DNA from: an uncultured Pelagibacteraceae bacterium
GTDB taxonomy: Bacteria > Pseudomonadota > Alphaproteobacteria > Pelagibacterales > Pelagibacteraceae
NCBI GenBank assembly: GCA_902621345.1
Contig: CACNLV010000002.1
Coordinates: forward strand, 32,320-96,319
Direction of reading: 5' to 3'
DNA: 64,000 nucleotides
This document shows positions 1 through 11,464 of this stretch, one piece after another. Both the position numbers and the translations under genes were made by a program. The notes beneath the pieces are model-generated. The model did not search any database and was not told where the DNA came from. It was given only the letters and a program-made list of their open reading frames with translations. Each line of letters opens with the position of its first letter. Position 1 is the first letter of the stretch.

Positions 1-546
1 GATTCAAAAAATACTAAAGGTCATTTTAATAAGAATGGAAAAAGTAGTCAGAAAGCTTTGATGAAAACTCCGATTAATGGAGCGAGGTTATCTTCCCCAT
101 TTGGAATGAGAAAACACCCAATAGATGGATTTAATAAAATGCATCGTGGAACTGATTTTGCAGCTCCTTTAGGTACTCCCATAATGGCTTCTGGTAATGG
201 AGTTATAAAAAAAGCTGGGTGGTGCGGAGGAGGTGGTAATTGTGTAGTAATTAAACACAATTCAACTTATCAAACAGTCTATGCACATATGTCAAAATTT
301 GCAGGTGGGATCAGAAGTGGAGTAAGAGTAAAACAAGGTCAAACAATTGGATATGTAGGTTCGACTGGTAAATCAACTGGACCACATCTACATTATGAGG
401 TGATTGTAAATGGAAAAAAAATTAATTCTCAAACACTTAAATTGCCATCTGGAAAAATATTGAAGGGTAAAGAGAGAGAGCTTTTTGAAACTTCAAAAAT
501 AAAATTGGATGTTTTAAAGTCAGAAAAAATTATTGGTTTAAATTAG
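1..546 (+). CDS. M23/LytM family metallopeptidase, C-terminal part (ORF is open to the window edge)
   Basis: Frame 1 has no stop from nt 1. HxxxD motif (HRGTDF) and HxH motif (GPHLHYE) are typical of M23 peptidases. Confidence 0.85.
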   Translation, partial: DSKNTKGHFNKNGKSSQKALMKTPINGARLSSPFGMRKHPIDGFNKMHRGTDFAAPLGTPIMASGNGVIKKAGWCGGGGNCVVIKHNSTYQTVYAHMSKFAGGIRSGVRVKQGQTIGYVGSTGKSTGPHLHYEVIVNGKKINSQTLKLPSGKILKGKERELFETSKIKLDVLKSEKIIGLN

Positions 547-547
547 T

Positions 548-958
548 CTAATTTTGCTCGACTTTAGTATTTTCTATCTCCTTAGATTGCGAAGAGTTCT
601 CAACATGCTTATCAACTTTTTTTAAAAGGATTTTTTCATCTTCTTTAGATGATTTATTATCAAACATTTTTTTTTGGATTTCTCTTTCACTTAATACCCT
701 CATAAAATGATCAGCATGTTGAAAATAATTTTCAGATAAAATCTTATCGCCAGTAGATAATGCTTCCCTTGCTAAATTATTATATTTCTCAACTAATTTT
801 GATGCACTATGATTATTTCTACCAGAAATCTTGCGTTGAAAGTTATCATTATTTGAAAAATTGTTATTATATTTATTTCTATCACCATTAACCTTAAAAG
901 TTCTTTCATTCCTTCTAAAGTTACTTCTTCTTGTATTATTATTTCGGAATGTAACCAT
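548..958 (-). CDS. DUF4167 family protein (Asn/Arg-rich)
   Basis: Basic low-complexity N-terminus followed by YNNLAREALSTGDKILSENYFQHADHF, which resembles the DUF4167 core. It sits downstream of prfA-prmC, as in other alphaproteobacteria. Confidence 0.65.
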   Translation of the reverse strand: MVTFRNNNTRRSNFRRNERTFKVNGDRNKYNNNFSNNDNFQRKISGRNNHSASKLVEKYNNLAREALSTGDKILSENYFQHADHFMRVLSEREIQKKMFDNKSSKEDEKILLKKVDKHVENSSQSKEIENTKVEQN

Positions 959-962
959 AATA

Positions 963-1805
963 TTATTTTTTAATACTCACTATACATCGATTATTTTTGG
1001 CTAAATCTTTGATGACATATTTAATATAATATCCATTTTTTTTTAAAATTTTTTTCACTATATCTGTTTGATTAAAAGCAATCTCAAGAATTAAAATGCC
1101 ATTTTTTTTTATAAGTCTGGACGAATTATAAATAACTCTTGTAATTTTTAATAACCCATCTAAACCACCATCTAAAGCTGATATAGGCTCATAATCATAA
1201 ACATCTTTTTCCAAATACTTCAAGTTAAATTTCTTGATGTATGGGGGATTTGATACTATCAAATCATATTTGCCATAGTTAAAATTGTCAACATCTGATT
1301 TAAATAACTTTATTCTATCTATTAAACAAAGTTTTTTTGCATTAAGCATGCAAATATCAAGAGTTTTCTTACAAATATCAATTCCAGTGCCATAAAAACC
1401 TTTCCTCTCCTTTAAAATTGACAGTAATATACAACCTGAGCCAATGCCTACATCCAATATTTTTAGCTTGGATTTATTTTTTGTTAATTTTAAAGTTTGC
1501 TCAATAATAATCTCCGTGTCCGGTCTTGGAATGAGAACATCTTTAGTCACATTAAATTCATATTTCCAAAATTCTTTTTTACCAATTAAATATGCTATTG
1601 GTTTATGTTTTGAACGCTGCTTGATTAAATTGTTGTAAAGTTTAATTTCTTTATTTAACAAATTTTTATTAGAATTTAAAATTACATCTATTCGACTCTT
1701 CTGAAAGACTTTTGACATTAAAATTTCACTATCAAGTTTATATGATTTGATACCACTCTTTTTTAATATACTGTCTCCCTTTTTTAAAGCTTCAAAAATT
1801 TTCAT
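963..1805 (-). CDS. prmC: Release factor glutamine N5-methyltransferase
   Basis: NPPY catalytic motif and SAM-binding DVGIGSG. Located immediately downstream of prfA. Confidence 0.9.
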   Translation of the reverse strand: MKIFEALKKGDSILKKSGIKSYKLDSEILMSKVFQKSRIDVILNSNKNLLNKEIKLYNNLIKQRSKHKPIAYLIGKKEFWKYEFNVTKDVLIPRPDTEIIIEQTLKLTKNKSKLKILDVGIGSGCILLSILKERKGFYGTGIDICKKTLDICMLNAKKLCLIDRIKLFKSDVDNFNYGKYDLIVSNPPYIKKFNLKYLEKDVYDYEPISALDGGLDGLLKITRVIYNSSRLIKKNGILILEIAFNQTDIVKKILKKNGYYIKYVIKDLAKNNRCIVSIKK

Positions 1806-1812
1806 CTACCTT

Positions 1813-2883
1813 TTAAAGATTACTTAAACTTTCTTCTTGAGCTCTTAATAAGAGTGACTCGATCATTTCATCAAAAGCTTCACCCTCTAAAAACTCCTCA
1901 AGTTTGTGTAAAGTTACATTAATTCTATGATCTGTAACTCTTCCTTGGGGGAAATTATATGTTCGTATTCTTTCAGACCTGTCACCTGTTCCAATTTTAC
2001 TTTTTCTATCTTTTGATCTTTCTTGATCAATTCTAGATCTCTCTAACTCGTATAACCTCGCTCTTAAAATTTTTAAACCCTTAGCCTTATTTTTATGCTG
2101 TGATTTTTCATCTTGTTGAGAAACAGAAATTCCGCTAGGTATATGTGTAATTCTTACGGCACTATCTGTTGTATTTACAGATTGTCCACCAGGTCCACCA
2201 GCTCTAAAAACATCTATACGTAAATCAGCGTCATTTATTTTTAAATCAACTTCTTCAGCCTCAGGTAATACAGCTACAGTTGCTGCAGAAGTATGTACTC
2301 TACCCTGAGTTTCAGTATCTGGAACTCTTTGAACCCTGTGGACACCACTTTCATATTTTAGAGTAGAATAAATATTAATCCCTTTTATAGATGCGATAAC
2401 CTCTTTTAACCCTCCTGCCTCACTTTTTGAAATTGATATTATTTCTAAAGACCATTTTTTTTTGTTGCTCACTTTTTCATACATTTTAAAAAGATCCGAG
2501 GCAAATAAACTAGCTTCAAGGCCTCCAGTTCCTGCTCTTATTTCAATAATTACATTTTTTTTATCTGCATCATCTTTAGGTAATAAAAATAATTTTAAAT
2601 TTTTCTCAATTTTTTCATAATTCTCTTCTAAATCTTTTAGTTCAATTTCAACCATTTTTAATAACTCTGAGTCTGAATTTTTATCGATAAAAATTTTTTT
2701 TAATTCACTTTTATCCTTTTCAAATGATAAATATTTTTTTGCATCTCCAATTATTTCATTTAAATCAGAGTATTCTTTTGATTTTTCAGCAAAAAATTTT
2801 TTATCAATATTACCAGAGGATAATTCTTTTTCTAAATTTGCGTGTTTGGTTATCAAATCATTGATAGTTTTTTCAGGAATCAT
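1813..2883 (-). CDS. prfA: Peptide chain release factor 1
   Basis: GGQ motif ([13 protein letters not shown]) and RF1-type PxT tripeptide ([16 protein letters not shown]). Length is 356 aa. Confidence 0.97.
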   Translation of the reverse strand: MIPEKTINDLITKHANLEKELSSGNIDKKFFAEKSKEYSDLNEIIGDAKKYLSFEKDKSELKKIFIDKNSDSELLKMVEIELKDLEENYEKIEKNLKLFLLPKDDADKKNVIIEIRAGTGGLEASLFASDLFKMYEKVSNKKKWSLEIISISKSEAGGLKEVIASIKGINIYSTLKYESGVHRVQRVPDTETQGRVHTSAATVAVLPEAEEVDLKINDADLRIDVFRAGGPGGQSVNTTDSAVRITHIPSGISVSQQDEKSQHKNKAKGLKILRARLYELERSRIDQERSKDRKSKIGTGDRSERIRTYNFPQGRVTDHRINVTLHKLEEFLEGEAFDEMIESLLLRAQEESLSNL

Positions 2884-2884
2884 C

Positions 2885-3982
2885 TTAATTATTTTCTAAC
2901 TCAGAGGCCTTTTTTTCAACCTCAAAGACAACCTTGTCAATCATATCATTGGTGAAAACTTTTTCTGATTGTATTCCTGATAAATACAACATGTTACTTC
3001 CTTTTTTGCCACCAGTGATGCCAACATCTGTCATCGCAGCTTCTCCAGGACCATTAACCACACAACCAATTATTGAGAGTGTTATGGGTTTTGTAATATG
3101 TGAGAGTCTTTTTTCCAATAATTTTACAGTTTCAATCACTTCAAAACCTTGTCTAGCACATGAAGGACAAGAAATAATTCTTACGCCTCTCTCTCTTAAA
3201 TTTAATGATTTAAGTATTTCGTTTCCAATTTTAACTTCTTTCACAGGATCATCAGATAATGATATTCTGATCGTATCTCCGATACCTTCTAAGAGTAATG
3301 TTCCTAGTCCAATAGAAGATTTTATACTTCCTGATATAAAACTTCCTGCTTCAGTTATTCCTAAGTGTAATGGATATTCAATTTTTTTTGAGAGCTGACG
3401 ATAGGCTTCAACTGATAAAAAAATATCTGAGGATTTAACACTTATTTTCAAATTTTCAAAATTTTCATCTTCTAAAATTTTTATATTTCTTAGAGCACTC
3501 TCGACTAATGCTTCTGGACAAGGCTCTTTAAATTTTTCTAAGATATCTTTTTCTAATGAGCCTGCGTTAACACCTACTCGAATAGAACAATTATTTGAAA
3601 TTGCTGCTCTAACAACCTCTCTAATTTTATTAATGTTTCCTATGTTCCCTGGATTTATCCTTAAACAACTGGCACCATTCTCAGCTGCTTCTATCGCTCT
3701 TTTAAAGTGAAAATGAATATCTGCAACTATGGGCACATCAACATGTTTTACAATTTCTTTAAGTGCTTTTGTTGACTCCTCATCAGGGCAAGAAACTCTA
3801 ACTATATCAGCGCCTTCTTTATGGATATCATTTATCTGGTTAATGGTAGCTTTTATATCTGTGGTTAAAGTATTTGTCATAGACTGAACTGTTATAGGGT
3901 TATCGCCACCAACCATTACTTTACCGACACTGATTGCTTTTGTTTTCCTTCTTTTAATATCTCTAAATGGTCTTATGCTCAT
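2885..3982 (-). CDS. ispG: 4-hydroxy-3-methylbut-2-en-1-yl diphosphate synthase
   Basis: GcpE family features: [15 protein letters not shown], and C-terminal CPSCAR and GCVVNGPGE Fe-S ligand motifs. Confidence 0.95.
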   Translation of the reverse strand: MSIRPFRDIKRRKTKAISVGKVMVGGDNPITVQSMTNTLTTDIKATINQINDIHKEGADIVRVSCPDEESTKALKEIVKHVDVPIVADIHFHFKRAIEAAENGASCLRINPGNIGNINKIREVVRAAISNNCSIRVGVNAGSLEKDILEKFKEPCPEALVESALRNIKILEDENFENLKISVKSSDIFLSVEAYRQLSKKIEYPLHLGITEAGSFISGSIKSSIGLGTLLLEGIGDTIRISLSDDPVKEVKIGNEILKSLNLRERGVRIISCPSCARQGFEVIETVKLLEKRLSHITKPITLSIIGCVVNGPGEAAMTDVGITGGKKGSNMLYLSGIQSEKVFTNDMIDKVVFEVEKKASELENN

Positions 3983-3984
3983 AA

Positions 3985-5199
3985 CTAATTATCTAATTTA
4001 AACTCTTTATGTAAAGCAATTAATGCTTTTTTAGTATTTCTTTTGTCAATCAAGACTGATATTTTAATTTCAGAAGTTGAAATAACTTGAATATTTATAT
4101 TTTTTTTTGCAAGTGCTTGAAACATTCTAAATGTTACTCCAGGTGTTGTAACCATTCCAACCCCTATAATTGAAAGTTTAGATACATTTTTTTTTAACAA
4201 TAATTTTCTAAATTTAATATTTTTGTTGTCTTCAATTATCTTTTTAGTTTTGTTTAAATCATCTGTTTTAATGGTAAATGTTAAATCGGTTTCATTACCG
4301 TTCGCTGAAATATTTTGAACAACCATATCAACATTAATTAAATTTTTTGATAAAGGTTTAAATATCATTGCAGCAACGCCAGGTTTGTCTTTAACTCCTA
4401 CTAGAGTAACTTTGGCATCATTTTGGGTTGAGGAAATACCTGCAATAATTTTATTATTAACAATATTTTTTCTTTTTGTGATCAATGTTCCAGGTTTTTT
4501 TTTAAATGAAGATTTTACCTCTATATTGATCCTATTTAAACGCGCATCCTGAATTGAAACTGGCTGCATAACTTTTGCACCTAGAGACGCCATTTCCAAC
4601 ATTTCTTCGTAAGAAATTACTTTTATTTTTCTTGCTTTTTTTAATTTATTTGGATCTGTTGTATAGACACCCTCAACATCAGTATAAATTATACATCTCT
4701 CTGCCTTAAAAAATTTAGCCAACATAATTGCACTAGCATCCGACCCACCTCTGCCAATCGTTTTTATTCTTTCATTAGTATCAATACCTTGAAAACCAGT
4801 TATAATTGGTATTCCACCTTTTTTGAGATAATCCAAAATTTTTTTTTTATAAATAGATAAAATCTTTGCATTTTTATGGCTGCCATAAGTTACAATTGGT
4901 ATTTGCCAAGATAACCAAGATCGAGATTTTAAGCCAATATGTGACAATCTTGCAGCAATTAAAGAGCATGCTACTTGTTCACCAGATGAAACTAGAACAT
5001 CATACTCAGAAGGTAAAAAATTTTCACTTATCCTCTTTGACTTTCTTATCAAATCGTTTGTAACACCACTCATAGCTGAAGATACTACAATAAGTTTATA
5101 CCTTTTTTTATGATATGAATTAATAATGTTGGCCACATTTTTAATTCTTTCAATGCTACCTACAGATGTTCCCCCAAATTTTAAAACTACAATTTTCAT
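3985..5199 (-). CDS. lysC: Aspartate kinase
   Basis: N-terminal KFGGTSV kinase motif, and C-terminal ACT-domain region ([17 protein letters not shown]). Confidence 0.95.
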   Translation of the reverse strand: MKIVVLKFGGTSVGSIERIKNVANIINSYHKKRYKLIVVSSAMSGVTNDLIRKSKRISENFLPSEYDVLVSSGEQVACSLIAARLSHIGLKSRSWLSWQIPIVTYGSHKNAKILSIYKKKILDYLKKGGIPIITGFQGIDTNERIKTIGRGGSDASAIMLAKFFKAERCIIYTDVEGVYTTDPNKLKKARKIKVISYEEMLEMASLGAKVMQPVSIQDARLNRINIEVKSSFKKKPGTLITKRKNIVNNKIIAGISSTQNDAKVTLVGVKDKPGVAAMIFKPLSKNLINVDMVVQNISANGNETDLTFTIKTDDLNKTKKIIEDNKNIKFRKLLLKKNVSKLSIIGVGMVTTPGVTFRMFQALAKKNINIQVISTSEIKISVLIDKRNTKKALIALHKEFKLDN

Positions 5200-5261
5200 G
5201 AATAAATATTTTTAAATTAAAATATTGATTAAATTCATCTTGAATATAAAATTTACTTATT

Positions 5262-5990
5262 ATGAAAACTAACACAATTAATAAAAAAGAAATAGAAAAA
5301 TTTTCTAAAATTGCTGAAGAATGGTGGGATCCCAATGGAAAATTTAAACCATTGCATAATTTTAATCCTCTAAGGATTTCTTATTTAAAAGAAAATATCA
5401 TTGAAACTTTCAATCTTCAAAAAAAAGATAAGATTCTTTCCGGTGTCAAAATTTTAGATATTGGTTGTGGTGGAGGATTATTATGTGAGCCTATGTCAAG
5501 ACTTGGTGCAGAAGTTTTTGGAATGGACGCATCTGAAAAAAATATAGAGGTAGCAAAAATTCATGCAAAAAAGAGTAGCCTAGATATTGAATATTTTTGC
5601 TCATCACCTGAAAAATTTCAGTCAGATTTAAAATTTGATGTTATACTTAATATGGAAATTATCGAACATGTAGAGGATGTAGATTTTTTTCTAAAGTCAT
5701 GCGCAAAGTTTTTGAAGAAAAATGGTATTATGTTTGTTGCAACATTAAATAAAACATTAAAATCTTATCTTTTTGCAATAATAGGTGCTGAATACATTCT
5801 TAGATGGCTTCCAATCGGAACACATGAGTGGGAAAAATTTGTAAAGCCTGAGGAGTTAATTAGCATAACAAAAAAATATGATCTTACTTTAAACGATTTG
5901 AAGGGAGTTAAACTTAATTTATTTACCAATAACTGGGAGTTAAGTACTGACAAATCGGTTAACTATATTGCTAAATTTATTAAGATATAA
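5262..5990 (+). CDS. ubiG: Ubiquinone biosynthesis O-methyltransferase
   Basis: FSKIAEEWWDPNGKFKPLH N-terminus and the LDIGCGGGLL SAM motif are typical of UbiG. Confidence 0.9.
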   Translation: MKTNTINKKEIEKFSKIAEEWWDPNGKFKPLHNFNPLRISYLKENIIETFNLQKKDKILSGVKILDIGCGGGLLCEPMSRLGAEVFGMDASEKNIEVAKIHAKKSSLDIEYFCSSPEKFQSDLKFDVILNMEIIEHVEDVDFFLKSCAKFLKKNGIMFVATLNKTLKSYLFAIIGAEYILRWLPIGTHEWEKFVKPEELISITKKYDLTLNDLKGVKLNLFTNNWELSTDKSVNYIAKFIKI

Positions 5991-5997
5991 TTTAAAT

Positions 5998-6426
5998 TTA
6001 ATTGTTTTTATCTTCTATCCAAGGAATTATTTCTGTATCAATTCCCTCTTCTCTTAAATCTTTAATCTCTTCTCTTGACGCAGTGCCATAAATTCCTTTA
6101 TCTTTTTTTTTATTTTTATAATGAATAGATCGAGCTTCATAAGCAAAATTTTCACCAACATATTCAAAATTTTTCTTAATAAATTTTTGATATTCTTTAA
6201 TTTTTTCATTAATTTTCCGATATTTATGATCCTTAATGTTGATATCTTTTTTCCATGACTTATTTAAAAATTTTGGTGCCATAAGAGTTTTTTCAACTTT
6301 TATTGATCCACATTTATGACAATTAAGATAATTTTTTTTTCTTAGTTTTTCATATTCCAGTGAAGATGCAAACCAACTATCGAATAGTAATCTGCATTTT
6401 TTACATTTTAATTTATACTTGATCAT
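5998..6426 (-). CDS. DUF1178 family protein (zinc-ribbon-like)
   Basis: MIKYKLKC..C..F.SWF...EYEKLRKK..L.CHKCGS.KVEKTLMAP matches the DUF1178 N-terminal consensus as I remember it. Confidence 0.75.
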   Translation of the reverse strand: MIKYKLKCKKCRLLFDSWFASSLEYEKLRKKNYLNCHKCGSIKVEKTLMAPKFLNKSWKKDINIKDHKYRKINEKIKEYQKFIKKNFEYVGENFAYEARSIHYKNKKKDKGIYGTASREEIKDLREEGIDTEIIPWIEDKNN

Positions 6427-6464
6427 TAATATTAATTAATTACTTAATTTAATATTTCAACTTA

Positions 6465-7766
6465 TTAACTTCTATAATCTGAGTTAATTTCAATATATTT
6501 TTTTGTCAAGTCCATGGTATAAGTAGTAAATTTTTTTGAACCTTTAAAAATATTTATATTGATATCAATATTGTCATTTTTCATATAATTTACAATATCA
6601 GACTCATTGTAGTTTAAATTTAATTTTCCGTTATTAATAATGGAAAATTCACCAAATTTTATAGCCAACTTGTCTAGGTTTATCTGAACATTTGATTTTC
6701 CGATTGCCATTACAATTCTGCCCCAATTTGGATCTTCGCCTGCTATAGCGGTTTTTACTAAAGGTGAATTAGCAACTGAAAAACCAATCTTTTTTGCATC
6801 ATCCTCATTTTTGCAATTTTCAACGTTAATAGTTATAAATTTTGATGCTCCCTCCCCATCTAAAACTACTCTTTTGGCTAAACTTAATAAAACTTTTTTT
6901 AATGCTACCTCAAAATCTTTTATTCTTTTATCATTGTAATTCTTAATTCTTGGGTGCTTTACTTTGCCAGTCGAAAAAATACTTACCATATCATTAGTAC
7001 TTGTATCCCCATCACAACTAATTGCATTAAAAGTTGTCGAAATGTTTTTTTTAAGAAGTTTTTTTAAAATTTCATTAGTTATGTCCGCATCAGTGAAAAT
7101 ATAAGCTAATGTTGTAGCCATATTGGGCTGAATCATTCCAGACCCCTTAGCAATACCAAAAATCTTAACAGAACTACCAGCAATTTTGCAATTTTCCATC
7201 GACATTTTAGGCTGTGTGTCTGTTGTCATAATACCTAAAGCTGCTTTCATCCATATGTACTTGTTCTGAGTATATCTTATATTTTTTACTAAAACTGGAA
7301 TCTTATTTTTAATTTTATCTTCTGGGAAAATTTCTCCAATCGTGCCAGTACAGCCAAATATTATCTCTTTTGGTTTAACTATTTTTGGATTATCTTCATC
7401 CTCCTTCTGTTTTGTAGTTAGTTCTTGTGAAATTAAGTCTGCTATTTTTTCAAGACTTCTGTATCCTTGTCTACCTGTAAAACAATTTGCATTTCTAGCA
7501 TTAACTAATAGCGAATATATTTTTTTCGAGTTTTGATTTAAGTTCCATTTTATATTTTCAGAGATAATTTTTGATTGTGTGTAGACAGAAGCATAATTTG
7601 CTCCATCTCTAAAATAAAACATTACTAGATCGTCTCTAGTATCTTTATAAAGATCTGCACATACACAAGAAATTGAGACACCATCAATATGATCTAAATC
7701 TTGATATTCTAACATTCTCTTATTTTTTGATTTAGACAATAAAAAATTAGGTAAATTTAGACCCAT
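6465..7766 (-). CDS. argJ: Bifunctional ornithine acetyltransferase / N-acetylglutamate synthase
   Basis: ArgJ autoprocessing region PNMATTLAYIFTDA and C-terminal GEDPNWGRI. The true start may be the internal Met at about 7715. Confidence 0.92.
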   Translation of the reverse strand: MGLNLPNFLLSKSKNKRMLEYQDLDHIDGVSISCVCADLYKDTRDDLVMFYFRDGANYASVYTQSKIISENIKWNLNQNSKKIYSLLVNARNANCFTGRQGYRSLEKIADLISQELTTKQKEDEDNPKIVKPKEIIFGCTGTIGEIFPEDKIKNKIPVLVKNIRYTQNKYIWMKAALGIMTTDTQPKMSMENCKIAGSSVKIFGIAKGSGMIQPNMATTLAYIFTDADITNEILKKLLKKNISTTFNAISCDGDTSTNDMVSIFSTGKVKHPRIKNYNDKRIKDFEVALKKVLLSLAKRVVLDGEGASKFITINVENCKNEDDAKKIGFSVANSPLVKTAIAGEDPNWGRIVMAIGKSNVQINLDKLAIKFGEFSIINNGKLNLNYNESDIVNYMKNDNIDININIFKGSKKFTTYTMDLTKKYIEINSDYRS

Positions 7767-7831
7767 TGTATTTAAAATATTTATTTATTAACTATATTAA
7801 AGGATATAATTAAATAATAAATCAAAAATCA

Positions 7832-10378
7832 ATGTTTAATCCTTTAAATCTTATTTCAAAATTCATCAGATCAGGTAATCAGAAGGAGCTAGATAGGTTA
7901 AAAAAGATCACTCAAAAAATAAATTCTCTAGAGGAAAATACAAAAAAACTTAGGGATAATGAGTTCCCTTATAAAACTTTAGAATTAAAGGAGAAATTAA
8001 AAAATGGTATTGAAATAAATGAATTGCTGCCAGAAGCTTTTGCGCTGGTGAGAGAGGCATCCAAAAGAATTAGAAATGAAAGGCATTTTGACGTTCAAAT
8101 TGTTGGAGGGATAGTATTGCACGAGGCAAAAATTGCTGAAATGCGAACAGGAGAAGGTAAAACATTAACAATAACTCTAGCAGCTTATTTGAATGCTCTA
8201 TTTGAAAAAGGAGTCCATATTGTTACCGTAAATGACTATTTGGCAAAAAGAGACTGTCTGGAAATGGGAAAAATTTATAATTTCTTAGGAATGTCCTCTG
8301 GGTACATAAATAATATTCAAGACGATGGAGAAAGAAAAAAAAATTATGATTGTGATATCACCTATGCAACCAATAGTGAATTAGGCTTTGACTACCTCAG
8401 GGACAATATGAAATATTCTAGGGATGAAATGGTTCAAAGAGAACATTTTTTTTCAATAGTCGATGAGATCGACTCTTGTTTAATTGATGAGGCTAGAACA
8501 CCATTAATCATATCTGGTGCAGCAGAGGATAAAACTAACAAATATCTTGCCGTAGATAAATTAGTTAAAAGATTAAACAAAACTGATTATGAAATTGATG
8601 AAAAAGACAGGAATATTTTATTAACAAATGATGGGATAAATACTGTAGAAAAAATTTTTTCTGAAACAGGTATATTAAAAAATAACAATTTTTACGATCC
8701 AGAAAATTTAAATTTGGTACATCATGTAAATCAAGCTTTAAGAGCCAACTATTTATTTGAAAAAGGTAAAGACTATATTATTAAAGACAATTCTTTAAAG
8801 ATTATTGATGAACTTACAGGAAGAATCCTTGAAGGTAGGCGATTTGGTGACGGACTCCACCAAGCTTTAGAGGCTAAAGAGAAAATTGAAATCCAATCTG
8901 AAAATCAAACATTAGCATCCATAACTTATCAAAATTATTTTAAACTATACAGAAAACTCGCTGGTTGTACTGGAACAGCAGCAACAGAGTCAGAAGAATT
9001 TTTTGAGATTTATAATTTACCGGTTGTAATTATTCCAACGAATAAAAAAATGATAAGAAAAGATTTAAATGATCAAATTTTTAGAACTGAAAAGGAAAAA
9101 AACAATGCCATAATTAAAAAGATTAAAGATCACAATAAAGCTGGACAGCCATTGCTAGTTTTTACATCTAGTATAAACAAGTCTGAAATCTACTCAAAGT
9201 TACTAGATAAGGAGAAGATTTTTCATGTAGTTTTAAATGCAAAAAATCATGAAAACGAAGCTGAAATTATCTCCAATGCAGGTAAAAAAGGATCTGTGAT
9301 AATAACAACAAGTATTTCAGGAAGAGGTGTAGATATTCAGCTAGGAGGAAAAAAAGATACTACAAATAGTGAAAAATTAGTTGAAAACAAAAAAGAGATA
9401 AAATCATTAGGCGGTTTATTCGTAATTGGCACTGAGAGAATGGAGTCAAGAAGAGTTGACAATCAAGCTAGAGGTAGATCGGGACGTCAGGGTGATGAAG
9501 GAAGTTCAATTTTTTATGTAAGTTTAGAAGATGATTTAATGAGAATTTTCGGATCAGACTCAATGAACAGCATGCTTAAAAAATTAGGCCTAAAAGACGG
9601 TGAGAGTATTGATCATCCATGGATCAATAAAGCTTTAGAGAGAGCACAGCAAAAAGTAGAGGCAAGAAACTTTGATATTAGAAAAACTCTTATTAAATTC
9701 GATAATGTTTTAAATGATCAAAGACACGTAATTTTTTCACAAAGAAAAGAGGCTATGGATAGTGAAAAAATTTTTGAATATTCTGCAAATTTTTTGAATG
9801 AGATTAGGGAAAATTTAATAGAATTAAAAATCCAAAAGATTGCAAATCCAAAGAGTTCCCTTTTTGAAAGTCAAATCAAAACTCTTATGGGAAAAAACTA
9901 TAATGAAGAAGAATTAAAGATTTTATTAGAAAAAAAAGACGATGAGTTGATGAAATTAATTTCAGATAAGTTTTATGAAACTCGAGAAGAAAGAATTAAA
10001 CTTTTAGGAGAAAATCAAGCAAGACAAGTAGAAAAAAGAATCTTTTTACAATCTATAGATATTAATTGGAAATCACACATACAATATTTAGAGCAATTAC
10101 GCCAAGTAATTGGTTTAAGATCTTACGGACAAAGAGATCCACTTATCGAGTACAAAAAAGAAGCTTTCACTTTATTTGAGGATTTATTAAAAAAACTTAA
10201 GCAAGATTATATAGTTGTTCTCATGAATCTTAAATTTATGGAGACGTCAATTGGTAAACCAGAAGAGAAGACTAATGAGGAAAAATCGATTAGCCAAATT
10301 AATAAAAAAGTAAAAAGAAATGAACCTTGTCCCTGTGGATCAGGAAAAAAATATAAAAAGTGCTGCGGAAAATTATAA
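7832..10378 (+). CDS. secA: Preprotein translocase ATPase SecA
   Basis: Walker A MRTGEGKT, DEAD-like DEIDS, and the C-terminal zinc motif CPCGSGKKYKKCCG. Length is 848 aa. Confidence 0.98.
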   Translation: MFNPLNLISKFIRSGNQKELDRLKKITQKINSLEENTKKLRDNEFPYKTLELKEKLKNGIEINELLPEAFALVREASKRIRNERHFDVQIVGGIVLHEAKIAEMRTGEGKTLTITLAAYLNALFEKGVHIVTVNDYLAKRDCLEMGKIYNFLGMSSGYINNIQDDGERKKNYDCDITYATNSELGFDYLRDNMKYSRDEMVQREHFFSIVDEIDSCLIDEARTPLIISGAAEDKTNKYLAVDKLVKRLNKTDYEIDEKDRNILLTNDGINTVEKIFSETGILKNNNFYDPENLNLVHHVNQALRANYLFEKGKDYIIKDNSLKIIDELTGRILEGRRFGDGLHQALEAKEKIEIQSENQTLASITYQNYFKLYRKLAGCTGTAATESEEFFEIYNLPVVIIPTNKKMIRKDLNDQIFRTEKEKNNAIIKKIKDHNKAGQPLLVFTSSINKSEIYSKLLDKEKIFHVVLNAKNHENEAEIISNAGKKGSVIITTSISGRGVDIQLGGKKDTTNSEKLVENKKEIKSLGGLFVIGTERMESRRVDNQARGRSGRQGDEGSSIFYVSLEDDLMRIFGSDSMNSMLKKLGLKDGESIDHPWINKALERAQQKVEARNFDIRKTLIKFDNVLNDQRHVIFSQRKEAMDSEKIFEYSANFLNEIRENLIELKIQKIANPKSSLFESQIKTLMGKNYNEEELKILLEKKDDELMKLISDKFYETREERIKLLGENQARQVEKRIFLQSIDINWKSHIQYLEQLRQVIGLRSYGQRDPLIEYKKEAFTLFEDLLKKLKQDYIVVLMNLKFMETSIGKPEEKTNEEKSISQINKKVKRNEPCPCGSGKKYKKCCGKL

Positions 10379-11464
10379 AAAAATTATTAATACTACCAAA
10401 ATAAGTATAACTATGGATGGTATAAGCAATTTTTTTTTCTGCAAAATTTCAAAAATTTCATTACGTTGAACTTTAAGAGAACTCAAATCTGCTGTATTTG
10501 TTACAAAACCTTTGTTTCTACCTATTTTTAAGAATTTATTTTTTCTATTATTAAAAACTTCTTCTCCTGACATAGATTGAAAATAGTCCAAACTCTTTGA
10601 TAGTGAGTTTTGAACATTTTTTAAAATTAAATCTTTATCTCTGTGTGCACCACCAATAGGCTCCTTAATAATTTCGTCAATCACATTTAACTCAAGTAAA
10701 TTTTTTGCAGAGAGTTTCATTGCTTTAGCGGCATCAAGCATTTTTTTCGGATCCCTCCATAAAATTGTTGCACATCCCTCAGGTGAAATGACGGAATAGA
10801 TTGCATTTTCCAACATCAAGACTTTGCTTGAAGAGGCTAGAGCTATAGCTCCACCAGAACCGCCTTCTCCAATGATAATTGCTATTGTTGGAACTTTTAA
10901 ATTCATGCAACATTCTATTGATTTTGCAATTGCTTCGGCTTGACCTCGCTCTTCAGCACCTACCCCTGGATAAGCTCCAGGTGTATCTATAAATAATACT
11001 ATTGGTATTTTAAATTTGTCAGCTAACTCCATAAGGCGTATAGTTTTTCTATAACCCTCAGGTCTCATCATACCAAAATTTCTCTCTATTCTACTATCTA
11101 GATCATCTCCCTTTTCTTGACCAACTACTAATATTGACTGATTTTTAAATCTTGCAAAACCTGCAATGACTGACTTGTCTTCACCATAATATCTGTCACC
11201 AGATAATGAAATAAATTCGCTAAATAAATTATCAATAAAAAATTTTGATTTAGGTCTATCTTCGTGCCTTGCAACCATAGTAGTTTGCCAAGCATCAAGG
11301 TTTGAATAAATTGATTTTAATTTATCATTTATCTCCTCTTCAGTTTTAGAGATTTTTTTAGTATCTACTTCAGATATACCGCCCTGATTATATGGATCTT
11401 TAAGTTTTTCTAGCTCTTCATCTAATTCTTTTAACTCTTTTTCAAAATTGAGGTAGTTTTTCAT
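10373..11464 (-). CDS. accA: Acetyl-CoA carboxylase carboxyltransferase alpha subunit, with an extra C-terminal hydrophobic tail
   Basis: AccA core motifs (FIDTPGAYPG, GEGGSGGALA-like GEGGSGGAIA, GGAHRD). About 45 extra C-terminal residues end in LLIPSIVILILVVLIIFL. Confidence 0.95.
   Translation of the reverse strand: MKNYLNFEKELKELDEELEKLKDPYNQGGISEVDTKKISKTEEEINDKLKSIYSNLDAWQTTMVARHEDRPKSKFFIDNLFSEFISLSGDRYYGEDKSVIAGFARFKNQSILVVGQEKGDDLDSRIERNFGMMRPEGYRKTIRLMELADKFKIPIVLFIDTPGAYPGVGAEERGQAEAIAKSIECCMNLKVPTIAIIIGEGGSGGAIALASSSKVLMLENAIYSVISPEGCATILWRDPKKMLDAAKAMKLSAKNLLELNVIDEIIKEPIGGAHRDKDLILKNVQNSLSKSLDYFQSMSGEEVFNNRKNKFLKIGRNKGFVTNTADLSSLKVQRNEIFEILQKKKLLIPSIVILILVVLIIFL

Noticed and set aside
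2934-3398. Antisense ORFs overlapping conserved genes (for example 2934-3398, 12758-13183, 28416-28805, 44867-45376, 50620-50925, 52612-52905)
   Set aside because: Each lies fully inside a strongly recognisable gene on the other strand. They have Ser/Leu/Phe/Ile-rich low-complexity translations typical of antisense frames in AT-rich DNA, and no motifs.
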